NCBI GenBank assembly: GCA_037447605.1
Contig: CM074805.1
Location: 1,211,361 to 1,275,360 of the forward strand
Length of the DNA: 64,000 bases
Reading direction: 5' to 3'
Source: Zygnema circumcarinatum SAG 698-1b
Lineage: Eukaryota > Plantae > Zygnematophyceae
The position numbers and the translations under genes were made by a program. This document shows, in pieces, positions 38,515 through 52,125 of this stretch; position 1 is the first letter of the stretch, and every line of letters starts with the position of its first letter. Under the pieces are notes generated by a model. It was not told the origin of the DNA. It saw only the letters and a list, made by a program, of their open reading frames with translations, and did no database searches.

Positions 38515-41500
38515 ATGGCGGCAGCGGGGCAGCTTCTGGCTGTGCAGGCCCTGCAGCGGGTAGGGGGGCAGGTTTGCTGGAGGACTTCTTCTGACGCCGG
38601 AGGGCCATGGCGGCTCTCGAGAAAGGGGGTTGTAGAGGAGAGGATAGGCTGCAAGCAGGGAGGCGGTCAGCTGGCAGCAGGATGGTGTCTCGTTGGGAGG
38701 GCGAAAAGGGCTGGAGAGGGAGCTCGCCGGCATGGCAGGGTGACGGTCATGACTGCGGTGAACACGGCCACGTCCACAGGTGAGTGCAGAGAGAGAGGCA
38801 GAAGGGAGAGAGGGAGAGGAGAGAGAGGGAGGAGACGGGGGAGAGAGAAATAAAGGGAGAAAGAGAGTGGGAGAGAGAGAGAGAGAGAGAGAGACTATAC
38901 GAGGTGTAAGTCCGAGAGCAATGCAGGTGAAGGCTGAACCGCAGGTAGATTTTTCTGTCAAGTGAAGCATGGCTAGCTATAATCAACTGAGCAACATTTT
39001 CTCCCTATCGTTATTCTTGAACACATTACAAACGCAGGCAAACACAACATGCAGACGTGGTATCAGGAAGTCTTATTCATTTAAAGTCATATGCATGCAT
39101 ATAGATACACAACTAAGTTATCAGCCGTTTCTTGTTTGTGTTTGAAAGATTAGAGAAGGAGATTGTGGAGGAGAGACATTGAGTTTTCATTGCCGAGTTT
39201 GCTTGTGAACCTATAGTTGCCTGCATTTTCCGGCAATGCCCTCGTTGCTCTCAACGATGAGGTTGACAATGCTGGGTTCCACGAAGGTCAGAATGGTGCA
39301 TCCTGGTTTTTGAAGTCGATTAGTTAAAAGTATTGGCAAATGGAGTTGGCTAAAACAGTTGTAATTCGGAGCTTAACTGAACTTAGTGATGCATACCTAG
39401 ATATCTTTAGAGATGGCAAGCAATTTCTGGCCCCGTCGTAAACTTTAATAAATCTATACCGCAAGAGTTGAAGCTTAAAAGAAAGGTATCCACCCGAGAG
39501 AGTCCCGTAAAATGATCTGACCGAGCCTCTCGTGCTACATTTGAGAAATTCGATCGCTTTAATAAAGCCATCGACGCTTTGGAACGAAATATAGTTTGCG
39601 AAGCTAGGAATGGTCGTGCTCCTTTAAGAAATTAGCTTTGTCAACAGCACTTTCTAATGATAGTTGCTTCAGAACAAGTGAAAGCTTGATTAGTGGTGAA
39701 TGAGACGGGTCGAAGTTGTCCTTTAGATTAAACGCTTGCAGTTTTTTTTTTTAAACTCTCTCTTTTCGCTCTAATTGCCAACCACCTCTAGCAATTCCGA
39801 AGTCCTTTTTTTCTTTTTTATTACATATACTTCCTCCAGCCTTTTGCCAATGCGCAATTTGTACCCCAAACTCCTGTTTTTTTGTCTATTACTGCGACCA
39901 CACACACCAATTTGGCCTGAATCTTGCCATTTGCACAGTATTTTATCAATCTTTTAGCATGTTCTGCCTCGAGAATGGGCTCCAGCATCCGTATAACTTG
40001 AAAAAGGACTCTGTACGCTCTGCGTTCAGATGCGGCCATGCAGAGCAACGGTACAACGGAGGAAGTTCGCGCCGTACTCTTCGACATGGACGGCGTTCTA
40101 TGCAACAGCGAAGACCGTTCCCGAGACGCCGCAGTGGCGCTGTTTGCGGAGATGGGCGTGACAGTCACTGCCAGTGACTTCATCCCATTCATGGGGACGG
40201 GTATGTTCCTTTTGGGAGATGGTGAAGTTTGGAAGGCAGAAATAGTTCATGTGTGACAGTAAGCGCATGTAATAAGTGACTAATCAACGACTAGAATTGG
40301 CTCAGCCTATCTCATCTGCCACTCATCTGGTTGGCCTGGCAGGGGAGGCCAATTTTTTGGGAGGAGTTGCACGGTTATATGATGTGAAGGATTTCGATCC
40401 GGCACAGGCAAAAAAACGGTTCTTTGAAATCTACATTGAGGAGGTCAGTCGGATGTTTTGCGCTCGTTGATTTGAGCTGCATGCCAAAGTAGCATCATCT
40501 TGTGGATTTTTAAACGCACCTCGTCTCTATTTATCGTTATTGGAAAATGAGCCATATAAATTGTGTGGGGTGTGCACAGTATGCGAAACCTAATTCGGGA
40601 CTCGGCTATGAGGGCGCTTTGAAGCTCGTTCTACAAGTAAACTCATTCCTTCGTCCTCTTTGCATTCTGTACTTCCAAACAATCAGCCCTGCGTTCAAAC
40701 TGCGTTTCAATGCCGAGGCCCTCAGAAAAGCTACCCTCTCTAGCATCCCCAACCGAGCCCTTATCTTATCTCTTATCCCGAGAGATGTGCAGGAGAAGTC
40801 TATCTGCAGCACAAACTCTGCTCTCAAACTCTGTTCTGTTCTCACTCTGACCCGTGTTCTATATTTGCATGTTGTGGTTGAGAGCTCAGTGCAGAAGGGC
40901 CGGCCTAAAACTGGCAGTGGCCTCAAGTGCAGACCGTGTGAAGGTGGATGCAAATCTCGCCGCAGCGGGTCTTCCCCCCTCCAAGTAAGCATATATCTTG
41001 TGGAGATATGGCTCAGCATAAAGCCGGTTCTGCATTGCTTTGCCGGCTGCTGTTTGCACAGGGAACTAAAAAGAGGTGTCACGGATAGGGTTATTCCTAA
41101 TGCAAGTTGGCAAAGAGACGGGCAGAGTTTTAATCGGATCGTGTTTGGCGTATTCTTGCACAGTTTTGACACTATTGTATCAGCGGATAAGTTCGAAAGG
41201 CTGAAGCCTGCACCGGACATCTTCCTTGCTGCCGCTGCGGCTCTGGGAGTGACCCCAACTCAGGCAACTTCGCAATGCCTTTTTCCCCACGCATGCACAA
41301 AATCTAGGGTATCCTGCGGAGGATATGTGGTGAAAAGAAATTCAGAGCAAGGGCTCGCTTCCTATTCTGCAAATCCTATGCATGCAGTTTCATTTCTCTA
41401 TCGCAAGGAGTAGTTCTCATGCGTTGCAAGCGGGTGAGTGGGTGCAGTGTGTAGTGATTGAGGATGCGTTGGCAGGTGTTCAAGCGGCGACTGCAGCAGG

Positions 41501-43979
41501 AATGCGGTAATGGAATTTTAGGATATAGAAGGCGAGCTTGACTTGCATGCATGCTACCTCGTTGATCGGTTCAAACAAAAACATAAGAAGTTGAGCCCGT
41601 TCTCATCTTTGCGACTCGTTGCTGTGCGTGTGCTCAGATGCATTGCAGTGACTACCACTTTGGGCGAGCAGGCGTTGTCAGCGGGCGGGCCAAGCTTAGT
41701 GAAACGGGATATATCGGATATTGCTCTCAGCGATATCACCTCCCTGCGATATCCTCACTCCAACGACAACGGTCAGTCCCTCCGGCTGCAGGGCTGCCAT
41801 GAAGGCATTTATAAAAATGTGGACATTTAGAGAAAAAAAGAAAAAAAAAAAAAAAGTTAGTAACTAGTTCCTCCTATCAACCTCCATATTGCTACAATTT
41901 ACCCCTCCTGCTGGTCTCGTTCTCCTTCCTTCATGTATAACTTTAGCCTTATCCGCATCGTTCATTCTCGTTACCAGAGTGAACCGGAGAGGGTGTCTTT
42001 CACAGCAGTAGCTCATGCTTCCCGTCGGGTTTTTTTTTTTTTTTTCCTCTCAGGACAGAGCTCTACTGGCAGCACTTCTCAGGAAGCACTCTCAGAAAGC
42101 AGCACTGAGGCAGTGGGAGAAGATTCACAAAGCGCAAATGCAGAGCTCTCAGAGATGGGTTACTTGGACTCTCCCATAGTCCTGCCGGGCGGGTACATTC
42201 ACTATTTCCTCTTCAATAGCATCAAGAAACCTCTTAAATGTGTTGGGTATCTTTTGGCTGCCAATGCCGAGGAAGTCAGTTCTCAGAACATGCCTCATCA
42301 TGCCCCTCTGCCATTGTTTACACATAGGAGTGAAGTCCATACAATCCTCGTATTGACCAATTTTAGGATCGGTTAGTGAGTCGAACAAACTCAAGTGATT
42401 GATCAATCGACGGAAGGAATTCGACCAGTCCAATCGTTGACCATGTCTATGTCCTGAAAAGGCTCGTAGGTGGTCCTAAAACCCTCGAATTCCATGTGAA
42501 CTGTTCTGAAGCAAAAGTGTGGAGTGTTGGGAGGCAGCTTGGCGACAACGCGGCGAAATGTTCTGCGCACTGCAAGTCTCGCGGGAGGAGTGGGAACTCT
42601 CCTATTCACTCTCACGCACCTCAAGGTGTGCCTCTCTCCTCTATATGCTGTTGATCTATCCGGATTTATATGTGGATCTATCTCGACATGGTCCCATTTT
42701 GGTTTTCCAAAGCCCCGGCAAATTGTCTAATGGTTTAGTTTGCATGGGAAGCTCTTCAGTTAGTTCATCTGCATGGGACAGAAAGCTAAAGCTTACTCGA
42801 GATCAACAAGATTACGATGATAAGAGTGGACGGTCAATCGATTGGGCAGTTTCCGGACTTTGGTTCGATGGCCTCAAAAGATTTCGGCATACATTATGGC
42901 ATGTCATAGGGCTTCTAGGAAGCTAATGAAAGAGGCAATGAGAAGTCCGGAGAGCAACAGAGAGACAGAGGGAGAGGAGGGGACGGGTGGGGGAAGGGAG
43001 AGAAAGTGGGGGAGAGTGAGAGAGGTAGAGAGAGAGAGAGAGAGCGACTGAGAAGGGCCCAGGGAGGGGGGGTAGCAGGGGCTGGCAGAGCACCTCCGGC
43101 AGTGGGGGGTCCCTTGGATGATTCAGATCGCAGTGACTGCCTTTTTTGCGCAGCGTTGGGCCTACCTCTCCAAGGTGCCTCGGGGGTGGAGGAAGGAGAG
43201 AGAGAGGGAGAGAGAGAGAGGGAGAGAGAGATAGAGAGAGAGAGAGAGAGGAGATAACGATAGCACGTCATCCACAAGCTCTCCTGACAGGCAGGCAAGA
43301 TGGTTCTGGACCGGTGCATGCGTGCAGGCTTTGTCGTATGTGTCTCCAAAGGCCCTTCTCAACTCGTTGGTAGGAGTTGTAACGCCGCCATTCAAGAAAA
43401 TTGAAGGTATGCTTCACTCATGAGATTGAGCTCACATGTGCTTGCCCTTTCGTTCTTCTCCTTCCCTTAAAAAACGACAGTTCATAAATTTTTGCCCATT
43501 TTGAGAAATGTCTCCTCTGTGGATGGAGGTATGGGCATGAAGCAGGAGACTCCCGAGTAAAGGAACTAAAGCAGTACATCGCCGACCTGGAGAGAAGGTA
43601 GGGGAGAACTCTGAGAAGTTGTGAGGGTATGACTCCACCACTAGTGTCTTTTTGAGTGTTTTTGTCCAAACCACTGCCTTAGAGCAAGGGCCCTTTAAGC
43701 AGTCAAGCAGCTTATACACTTTCTCTCTTTGATAGAAGGGAGCGTTGCGGATGGCAGAGGCGGTGGCGTGCAAGTTCCGGAGTTCGAGTCTCAGCTTGAG
43801 TGGCTAAACAGCCCTCCTCTAAAGCTGCAAAAGGTGAATTCCTCACTAAAGAAAGGAACATCATTTGTTCAGAAGGAGTTTGAAACAGTCTGGCTGATGG
43901 GTGTGCATGCAAAAATTGCTCACATCGTGAGGTAATGAATGCATATGTGCAGGAATTGAAGGGCAAGTTGGTGTTGTTG

Positions 43980-44023
<44 letters not shown>

Positions 44024-47000
44024 CGACCTCGCCTTTCTAGAGGCTAAATACAGCAATCAGCCTGTAAGCTTCTCTGCATATACAAGCCTGAATCTGCTTC
44101 GATAAGGCGCAGTCTTCCATCCGAATACACCTCTAAGGAAGGCTATAGTAGGCTGACTGCCTGCCTGGCTAGTTATAAGGTTGGCCAAGGAGGTTTTACT
44201 TAGCAATCTCATAAACCTCATTGAACTGCTCGGTGTTGTCTCTGATCAAGCATGAAATCTCTAGAACTCTGTAAACTCTCCAGGCTGTTTTGGGTCTTTG
44301 TCACCCAGTCCTGCTTCCACTTCTATCAGGGCGAAGGTTAGCAGTGAGCCTGAATCCACTTTGGAAGGGAAGCAGGTGGTAGTGGTGGGAGTGCATTCCG
44401 CGAAGTTCGACAATGAGAAGGATCTGCAGGCGATCCGCCAAGCCGTGCTCCGGTACGACGTGAAGCATCCGGTGAGAGTTCCAGCTATGCCTTACAACAT
44501 ACTACACCCAATACATATATCCATATATATATATCCACATATATATAGAAAGAGTGAGGGCACGGTTGATGCTAAGAGATCCCCTAGAAGAAGAGCAGCC
44601 CGTCTGCATGCCAGCATGCTCCTGCATCACCATTTTCTCGTGCAAGTTTCGCATGCAGGTAGTGAACGACGGGGAGATGACGATGTGGCGTGCTTTAGGG
44701 GTCAGCTCATGGCCCACTCTCGCTCTCGTCAGCCCCTCGGGCCGCCTCCTCGCCATGCTGGCAGGGGAAGGGCATAGGGAGGTAGGCTCTCCCTCCTTTT
44801 CACCTGAATGGCATGCATCATTCGATTCCAGAACTAAGTAAATAAATGCTGCCCTAGGGTCAGAAAGTAAACTCCAAAGTTAAGTTTTGCTTTCCCGTTA
44901 TCTATCTTCATCTCGAGTTTCCACGAGGCTGGTCGTTGATGATGCATGGGCGGTGCAGGACTTGGATGACCTCTTTAGCGCTGCTTTGGAGTACTATGGG
45001 GAGGAGGGAGTGCTGAATGAGACCCCCGTGCCTATGGCCTTAGAGAGGGAGAAGGATAGCCGCCTCTTGAACTCCCCTCTACGCTTTCCGGGGAAGCTCA
45101 CAACCGACCTTGCCAATGGCCGCCTCTTCATCTCCGACTCCAACAATCACCGCATTGTGAGTGCATGTATCCAGAGCAGAGACAGCCCCAAAAGACTGGA
45201 AAAATCCCATCTCCCTTTCCTGTGAAAATGGACTCCTTCTTTCCTTACAGATCGCATCGATGAAACTGAGCAACAGAAAAATGACGTGCCATCAGATGGT
45301 TTTCTGTAAGGTCGGAGAAATTCGAGTTTGTGAATGCGGGGAGGTGGGTATGGGTTCAGGTAGTGACCGACCTCGAGGGGCGATTCCTCCTCCAAGTGGG
45401 AGGGGTTGGAGGGGAAGGGTTCAGAGATGGGCCCTTTGACATGGCTGCCTTCAACCGACCACAGGTGGGAAGCCTTGCGAGCCGTACGGTTTTACGTTGA
45501 CTTTTGAAAAGCTTGTGTAAAAGAATTCAGATCATCAAACCAAAGGAAAGCAACCAGAGTCGTTTTATTGGGCTTTTGTAAATGAACTCCGGAATTTGAA
45601 ACTTTAGTGTGTGGCTAAAGTGGTGGACGGTGAGCTGACTGGTTGACTTCTTCCTATTGCAGGGAGTAGCTTACGACTCCACCCGAAACGTGTTGTATGT
45701 GGCAGACACCGAGAATCATGCTCTAAGGTACGGACCAAAGTAGACTGAGAGACCACTGCTCCCGCTGCTACTCCTTCACCTTTCTAAGGGAAAGGCCCGA
45801 GTTGAGAAGATGCTGAGAGGCCCTGAACCCTCTACAGGGAGGTGGATCTGGTGAAGGAGACGGTCTCCACCTTGGCAGGCAATGGCGTCAAAGGGAAAGA
45901 CTATCAGGGCGGCGGAACTGGCCGTAACCAGGTGCAGCATCCTCCCCCCTCCTCTCTCTTTCCCCTCTCTCTCCCTCTCCCCCTCTCCACCCCTCCCCTC
46001 CCCTTCCCGCCCCATCTTTCTCCCTTTCCCTCTCCCTCTCTCTCTCCCTCTCCCACTACCCCTCTCCCTTCCCCACTCCCTTCCCCTCTCCCTCTCTCTC
46101 TCCCTCTCCCGCTACCCCTCTCCCTCCCCCACTCCCTTCCCCTCTCCCTCTCTCTCTCCCTCTCCCGCTACCCCTCTCCCTCCCCCACTCCCTTCCCCTC
46201 TCCCTCTCTCTCTCCCTCTCCCGCTACCCCTCTCCCTCCCCCACTCCCTTCCCTACCTCCCCCGCTCCTTTTCGCCCTTTCCTAGGATGAAACACAACGA
46301 GTGCTTCTTCCTGTGGGAGCAGACATTGAACTCTCCTTGGGACGTGGCTGTGGAGAAATCCGGTGGGGCTGTGTACATAGCCCTCGCCGGCCAACACCAA
46401 ATCTGGAAGTACGAACCGACCTCAGGAGTGACCGCCGTCTTTAGCGGTAGTGGGTACGAACGAAATCAGAATGGACGGAGGTGAGAGGGGAAGTGGTCAA
46501 ATATCGATCTTGTTCTGCCAGCTATTGGCGGAGGAATTTTGGCAGAAGTGAATGAACGGCTGCGTGAATAGACTACTTTGGGTCTAAGAAATGGAAACGG
46601 ATGATTTTAAAATGGGTGTGGGTTTTTTTTGTCTCTGCAGAGGTACGGACACTGCGTATGCTCAGCCGTCTGGGCTATCATTTGGCCCGGGTCAGTCTCT
46701 CTCCCTTTCTGCAGTCCTAAGGACCGTAGGGACCGTTGCAGAGTGAAAAAGGAAAACGAAATGCACCCGGGATTGAGGAGTGGGTCTTAGTTGACAGTGG
46801 CAGGTCTTTGTTTGCCGAGTCGCTGATGAATTATAAACGGTTTCTATTTTCTGCTTTCCTCACTTCTTTTCTGTCTCCCGTCCTCTCTCTCTGCTGCAGG
46901 CGAGCGTGAGCTGTTTGTCGCCGACAGTGAGAGCAGTTCCGTGCGAGCTGTCAACTTGGCAACGGGAGGGTCCCGTCTCTGCGTGGGAGGAGACCCCAAC

Positions 47001-48924
47001 TTTGCAGACAACCTCTTTCAGGTGTCCTCCCTTTTTCAACTTCCTGGGCATGGATGCACTTTCTGTAGGTTTTCCGCAGATTTGTAACTCTATTGTGTAT
47101 TGTCTATTACCTAGTCACTGCACGAAGTCCCAAACAGACTCTTGATCTGCAGGGCCAATTGCCGGAGTTGTAACCAATCACTGATGGGCTAAATCTGGGC
47201 AGGTTTAGAAACGTGAATGTTTGTGACAAGAACGTCATATGCTCAGAAAAGTAAATGGTCTTTCGGCTGCTGTCTGCTGCAGTTTGGCGATCGAGACGGA
47301 GTCGGCTCGAGGGTCCTGTTACAGCACCCCCTTGGAGTGTTGTATGGGGAGGACGGAAAAATCTATATCGCTGATTCGTATAATCACAAGGTGCGGGACT
47401 TTACGGTACTACGAAATTGACAGCTGCTTGTCTACTCAAAATGAGTACATAATATTGTCTTATGACTTGTTAATTTAGCCAGGGAGATGGTTGTTGAGGG
47501 GGAAGTCCAGGTGAAGGTGCTTGACCCGGAGAGGCAGGAGGTAGTGACTTTGGCGGGCAGTGGAGCAGCCGGTTTCAGAGATGGCACAGGCAACCAAGTG
47601 CAGGTGAAGGGTGTTGCAATGAAAGGATGAGTCTGAAATGTCTTGATTCATATTGTAAAGCCGTGTCAAGAGACGTTTCTGTTTTGCTTGCTTATTTTCG
47701 ACCTTTGGTTTCGTGGAGTGCTCTTTTGTTGTGGTGGTGCAGTTATCGGAGCCGGCAGGACTCGCACAGGGTTTGAATGGTGAGGAGAAGCTTAACTAGG
47801 TTGAAATAGAATATATAGGACTCACTTTCTCATTTTGCGCAGAGCAGTATGCAAAGAGTTTTGAAGCAGTGCCGCTTTCTTTGAGCTGTAAAAAGCCTTT
47901 TGTTTCTGTGTCCTAGGAAGCACCCTAACCCAGCCCTTTTTCTTGGCACTTCGCAGGGCAGATTTATGTGGCAGACACAAACAACAGTGTGATACGAGTC
48001 CTTGACACGCGTGCTGGAAACTATGTTTCTACTTTGGACCTGTCCTCTGTGCCTCTCCCTTTGCCTGCTCCTCCCTCCACCAGACGGCGACTGCGGAGAA
48101 AGCAGGCCGTTGAGGCAGAGGTAGTGGAAGTGGAGCCTGTAAAAGCACAGCGTGGAGAACTGCAGCTTCTCATCACCATTCCTGAAGGCTATCATTACAC
48201 CAAGGTGAGAGTCTTTAGTCTTTTAGTATGAAAGGTGGGAGTGAACAGACAGGTTCGTTTTCAATGTCTGTGTCATCCCTTTGGCAAATAGGCGAGCACC
48301 ACTCTTGGTGGGTTCCTTTAGGCTTGCTGATTTGTTGCGAGGTTTGTGGTCTTTAGTTGACCTTTAGGGTTTGGCGGGTTACAGGGGGCAGTGAGCCGTT
48401 TTGAAGTGGAGGCAGAACCCGAGGGAGTGGTGTTGGTAGAGCCCGCGAGCGGAGAGTTACAGGAAGCGGGCCTTACTTCCAGCGCTTCCTTGAGCTTCTC
48501 CCGCATGGCAGAAAGAGAAGAGCCGGCAGTGGTACAAGTAAATTGCAAGGTCAGTGAACTTTCTGTACAACTCTCTTCGCTAAGCGTGCAGAACAAGGCA
48601 ATAGCGGCAGCTTGGCACGAAAGGAAGGATCTTATGGGGCTCCTCCCCTTTTTTAGGGTTGAAGTTGACCGAGGCATGTAAGGTGGTTTCACGGCGATAG
48701 AACCTATCCTTGTGGCTCTTCGTTCTGTCGATTAAAAACCGTGAGGATGTTTCCAACATGTGCAGGTGTTCTACTGCCAGCAGGATGAGGTGTGCCTTTA
48801 CAAGGCAGTCACCTTCAAGGTGCCCCTAGTCAGCTCCCAGGACGGAGGTGTCCAAAACAGTGTCCCTCTTCCTTTCGCTGTTGTGCCCGGACCAGTCAAC
48901 CTGTCGCCCGTCCTCTCGCAATAA
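38515..48924 (+). CDS. SOQ1: SUPPRESSOR OF QUENCHING 1 (HAD + TM + thioredoxin-like + NHL beta-propeller), chloroplast-targeted, >20 exons
   Basis: Transit-peptide-like exon 38515-38779. HAD motifs [31 protein letters not shown]; Trx-like [12 protein letters not shown]; NHL repeats [30 protein letters not shown]; ends [17 protein letters not shown]. Confidence 0.95.
46025..46248 (+). repeat. 56-bp pyrimidine-rich tandem repeat (3 identical copies 46081-46248 plus 1 degenerate) in a SOQ1 intron
   Basis: Unit TTCCCCTCTCCCTCTCTCTCTCCCTCTCCCGCTACCCCTCTCCCTCCCCCACTCCC counted at period 56. Confidence 0.9.
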
Positions 48925-49298
48925 TCTGCCTTTCCATCCGCATCACTGTGGCGATAATTGATGGAGTCACGGACGGTCACCTTTGACTTTTTCAGTTAAA
49001 AAAATGAAGTGGATGAGGAACGAAGGGGTGATTTTGGGAATCCAACAGAGGGGAGAGAGGGAGAAAGGAGGGAGAGAGGGAGGGAGAAAATGCTGGTACT
49101 CGCGGTACTCCCTGGTGACGTGTGAGAGTAGGCAATTCGTGACAGTTTCTTTGAACTGTTTTGTTAGATCGGTCATCTTGTCCATTTGTTACGTGTGTGT
49201 GTTTATTGATCTAATGTCTGGCAGTGGGAGAGCCCACTTACTGGAGTAGCTCACTTACTGATCCACTAGGGTCGTGCGTTTTGTCATTTAATTGTACC

Positions 49299-49324
49299 CT
49301 ACCTACAAAATATTTTGTAGGTAG
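49299..49324. repeat. Perfect 26-bp palindrome CTACCTACAAAATATTTTGTAGGTAG between convergent SOQ1 and MEE59-like 3' ends
   Basis: Self-complementary over all 26 nt. Confidence 0.9.
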
Positions 49325-50526
49325 CAGTGCGGAGGTTTTGAATTGAGAAAAGGACCCGAGCCCGGTGAGACTCGCATAGTGAAAGGCTTCTCGTTTGACT
49401 CTTCAGGGGAGGGTAAAAAGATTGCTCATTTTCGCGTGGTCCAATGCGTTACGCCATTTCTCGTCACAGCCCTTCTGCTTCCCGAGCATCCGCAGAGTCG
49501 AAGAGGCTTGTGGTGAATGCCTTTGACCGACGTTCTGCTACCTTGGCCCAAAGTTACTTTCCGACGCAAACGTGGGGAGTAATTCCAAGCAGAACATTTC
49601 TTAAGTTATTTTTTCTTTAGATCCGGCCTGCAAGACCTAGAAGTTAAAAGTCCATTTGGGCAAACAAGACCACAGTTCAGTTCACTACCGTAATTGTGTA
49701 GCAAGACATTGTCAAACATGCTGCCATTCAAAACAGAAAATTGCTCTTTCTTGACTTGTTATTTCTCGCCGCGGGTTTGCGTACTTTGAAGCAAAACAGA
49801 AATTGCGCACTTGGGCTAGAAGTCCAGCATTAGACAGGAAGGTGATACCGAGGGAGAGCGAGTGCGAGTGCGACTCCTACGAGTGCGATAGGAGGGAGAG
49901 CACGCAAGCGGGGAAACAGAGAAATGGAGAACTCAGAACTGCGCAACATGTACAAAAGTCGCAAGCTTCTATACACACGACGAGAATCCAATAGTACAAT
50001 TTATTGCTACGTAACGTGAAAGCAGACAACTTTGCTTGAACGCCACTTAAATCTTAAAGCAATAAATGCTATTTATACTGGAAGGTATAGCTTTTTCACG
50101 CAGTCACGAGCAGAGATTATTTCTTCTACTCTCGTTGTACTCGTTTTGTTTGGCCAGTTTCTGGCGGTATCAATGAGGCTATGCACTGCAGATAAAACAC
50201 ACACCCAACTCACGAAGTTACAAATGGCGCACCAATTTCCCTACCCACAGAGGTTTTCCTCCTGGAGGACAGATCCACCTCATGCATAATCCTCGAAATG
50301 GTCTGATTGTAATTCATGCAGATGAACTACATTTCCCGCCCTTGCACGGCTTGCACATTATATACACAGTATAACAAATTCCCGCTCCTTGTAAGGTTTA
50401 AAGACCATACACGAACAATCAAAGCTAGGTTAAACTTGCTCAATCCTTAATTCAGTGTGAACACGGTAACTAAATGGCAGGGACGCAACGCTTTGTAACG
50501 TTACAGTGAGGCTCACCTTGAAAGCT

Positions 50527-52125
50527 TCAAGACCAGTCGTTTGTTGCAGGATTGCCCGGAGCATGTTCATGAAAGACCTTATTGAAAGCTGAATTGAGCT
50601 CGGTCTTCAGAGGCAGCTCCTGCCTTACTCCAAGAGGAATGAAGCCCGTGCCAAGCTGTGAACCATTGCAACAAAACCTGTTAAGGAAACTGGCAAGTAC
50701 TATTATCAAAGCAAGTGCAATACGCTTCCAAGCTCACTAGTGCGACGCCCTTTCCCTTTTTATTTCCCTTCTGAGTGTACTGTAGACTGGACATGGAGCG
50801 TGTAGGTTGAGCAGGCCTACAATGGAGTGTTCAGAAACAGCCTCTATACTTCTGTAGTACCCCGTCTCAGGGTGCTCATCAGCCTCTGCAACTACAGCGT
50901 GGCCTGTAAGGACGACCTGTAAAAGGCACCCAACAAACAAAGAAGGTGTTCAGTAAGCTAAGTCTAACTGAGGATCACTGATATGTCCACCAGTAGTCCA
51001 CCTGTAATAACCTTTAATTGGATGTTCTACTGAATACCAGCCCAGCTGAAGGAGGCATGATTGATAAGTTGCGCGAATAGAAAAGACAAGGGATGACAAA
51101 TTCAAGAGTAATATGGATACAGACTGTATACTGGATACACAGTCATGCACAGCCATACCTCGCCTGTACGCCTCAGCTGTGCGAGGACCTTCAACTCGGG
51201 AATCTCAGTCGGCACTGCCACCATATCTTGAATTTCATCATCGTCACTTTCACTGCGGCGTGGCTTCCTTACACGCTTTGGTGCGTAGTTGTCGAAATAC
51301 TCCCGTGCCTGCAATAACATCACCTAATTGCCTAAGTTGCAGCACAAACTGTCTGGGCAACAAACCACAGGCGATGAGCCATAACTTCCTTTCTTCCTTC
51401 ATATCTCCAGCAGGACGGCAAACTTAATGGTTCCCACGATCAGAAAGAAAAGTCGAAAGAACAAAGAATGACAACAAATGCATTTACAAGAAGCAGCCGC
51501 GGAAGTGTGCGGCCTTTTTTTAAATTAGGCGATTAGTACTGCCGATGAGAACCAAGGCAAGCAGTACTTACAACGTCGCTTGAACTTAAATGATTGGCGA
51601 TACCAGTGTCCTTGCTATTTGCAACCAGACTTAAAAACGAGTTTAATTTTCAATAGAAGAATCCCAGTGCGCACGTATTCGTGTCAAACATGCGAAGTGC
51701 TTTACACTTGATTACTGGCTAACGCGAATTCAAATTCATCCTAAAAACGACAGACTGCGCTGTATGACTGGATGAAACCGCCACAGTTCGAGTCAAGGCG
51801 AATGCAACACGGAAACTTGCAGTAATTGACGTCAATGAGAAGTTGAAAAAAAAAAGGGGGCTAACCAAGCTGTCAAGCCAGTTACTGCAACAATATCCAG
51901 TCATGCAGCATAACAGAAGACGACTGCATTTCCCTTTCCATGGAAAGGCTTAGCTAAATCAATTACAAAAAAATTCATTATGTCTAGCCGAACAAGCCAC
52001 ACTCTTCACATAAAAGAGCAACATCCACCCCCGCTCACCTTCTTCAGATACGCCTCTTGTTGCTCTTGCGAAAGCGTGTCTTCGCTACGTGCAGGCTTCA
52101 ACACAATCTGGCCCTTCTTCTGCAT
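50527..52125 (-). CDS. MATERNAL EFFECT EMBRYO ARREST 59-like small protein, 4 coding exons
   Basis: KPARSEDTLSQEQQ..AREYFDNYAPKRVRKPRRSE..IPEL..ETGYY..LGTGFIP..GNPATNDW resembles the plant MEE59 family as recalled (KPNRSD..TREYF..APKRH.KP.RSE..TGTGFI..NPATNDW). Confidence 0.75.

Noticed and set aside
45842-46484. Long Pro/Ser/Leu-rich or Arg/Glu-rich ORFs here and at 12267-12731, 33641-34301, 36116-36760, 42915-43395, 59481-59872
   Set aside because: They are translations of CT/GA microsatellite tracts in introns or UTRs, not proteins.
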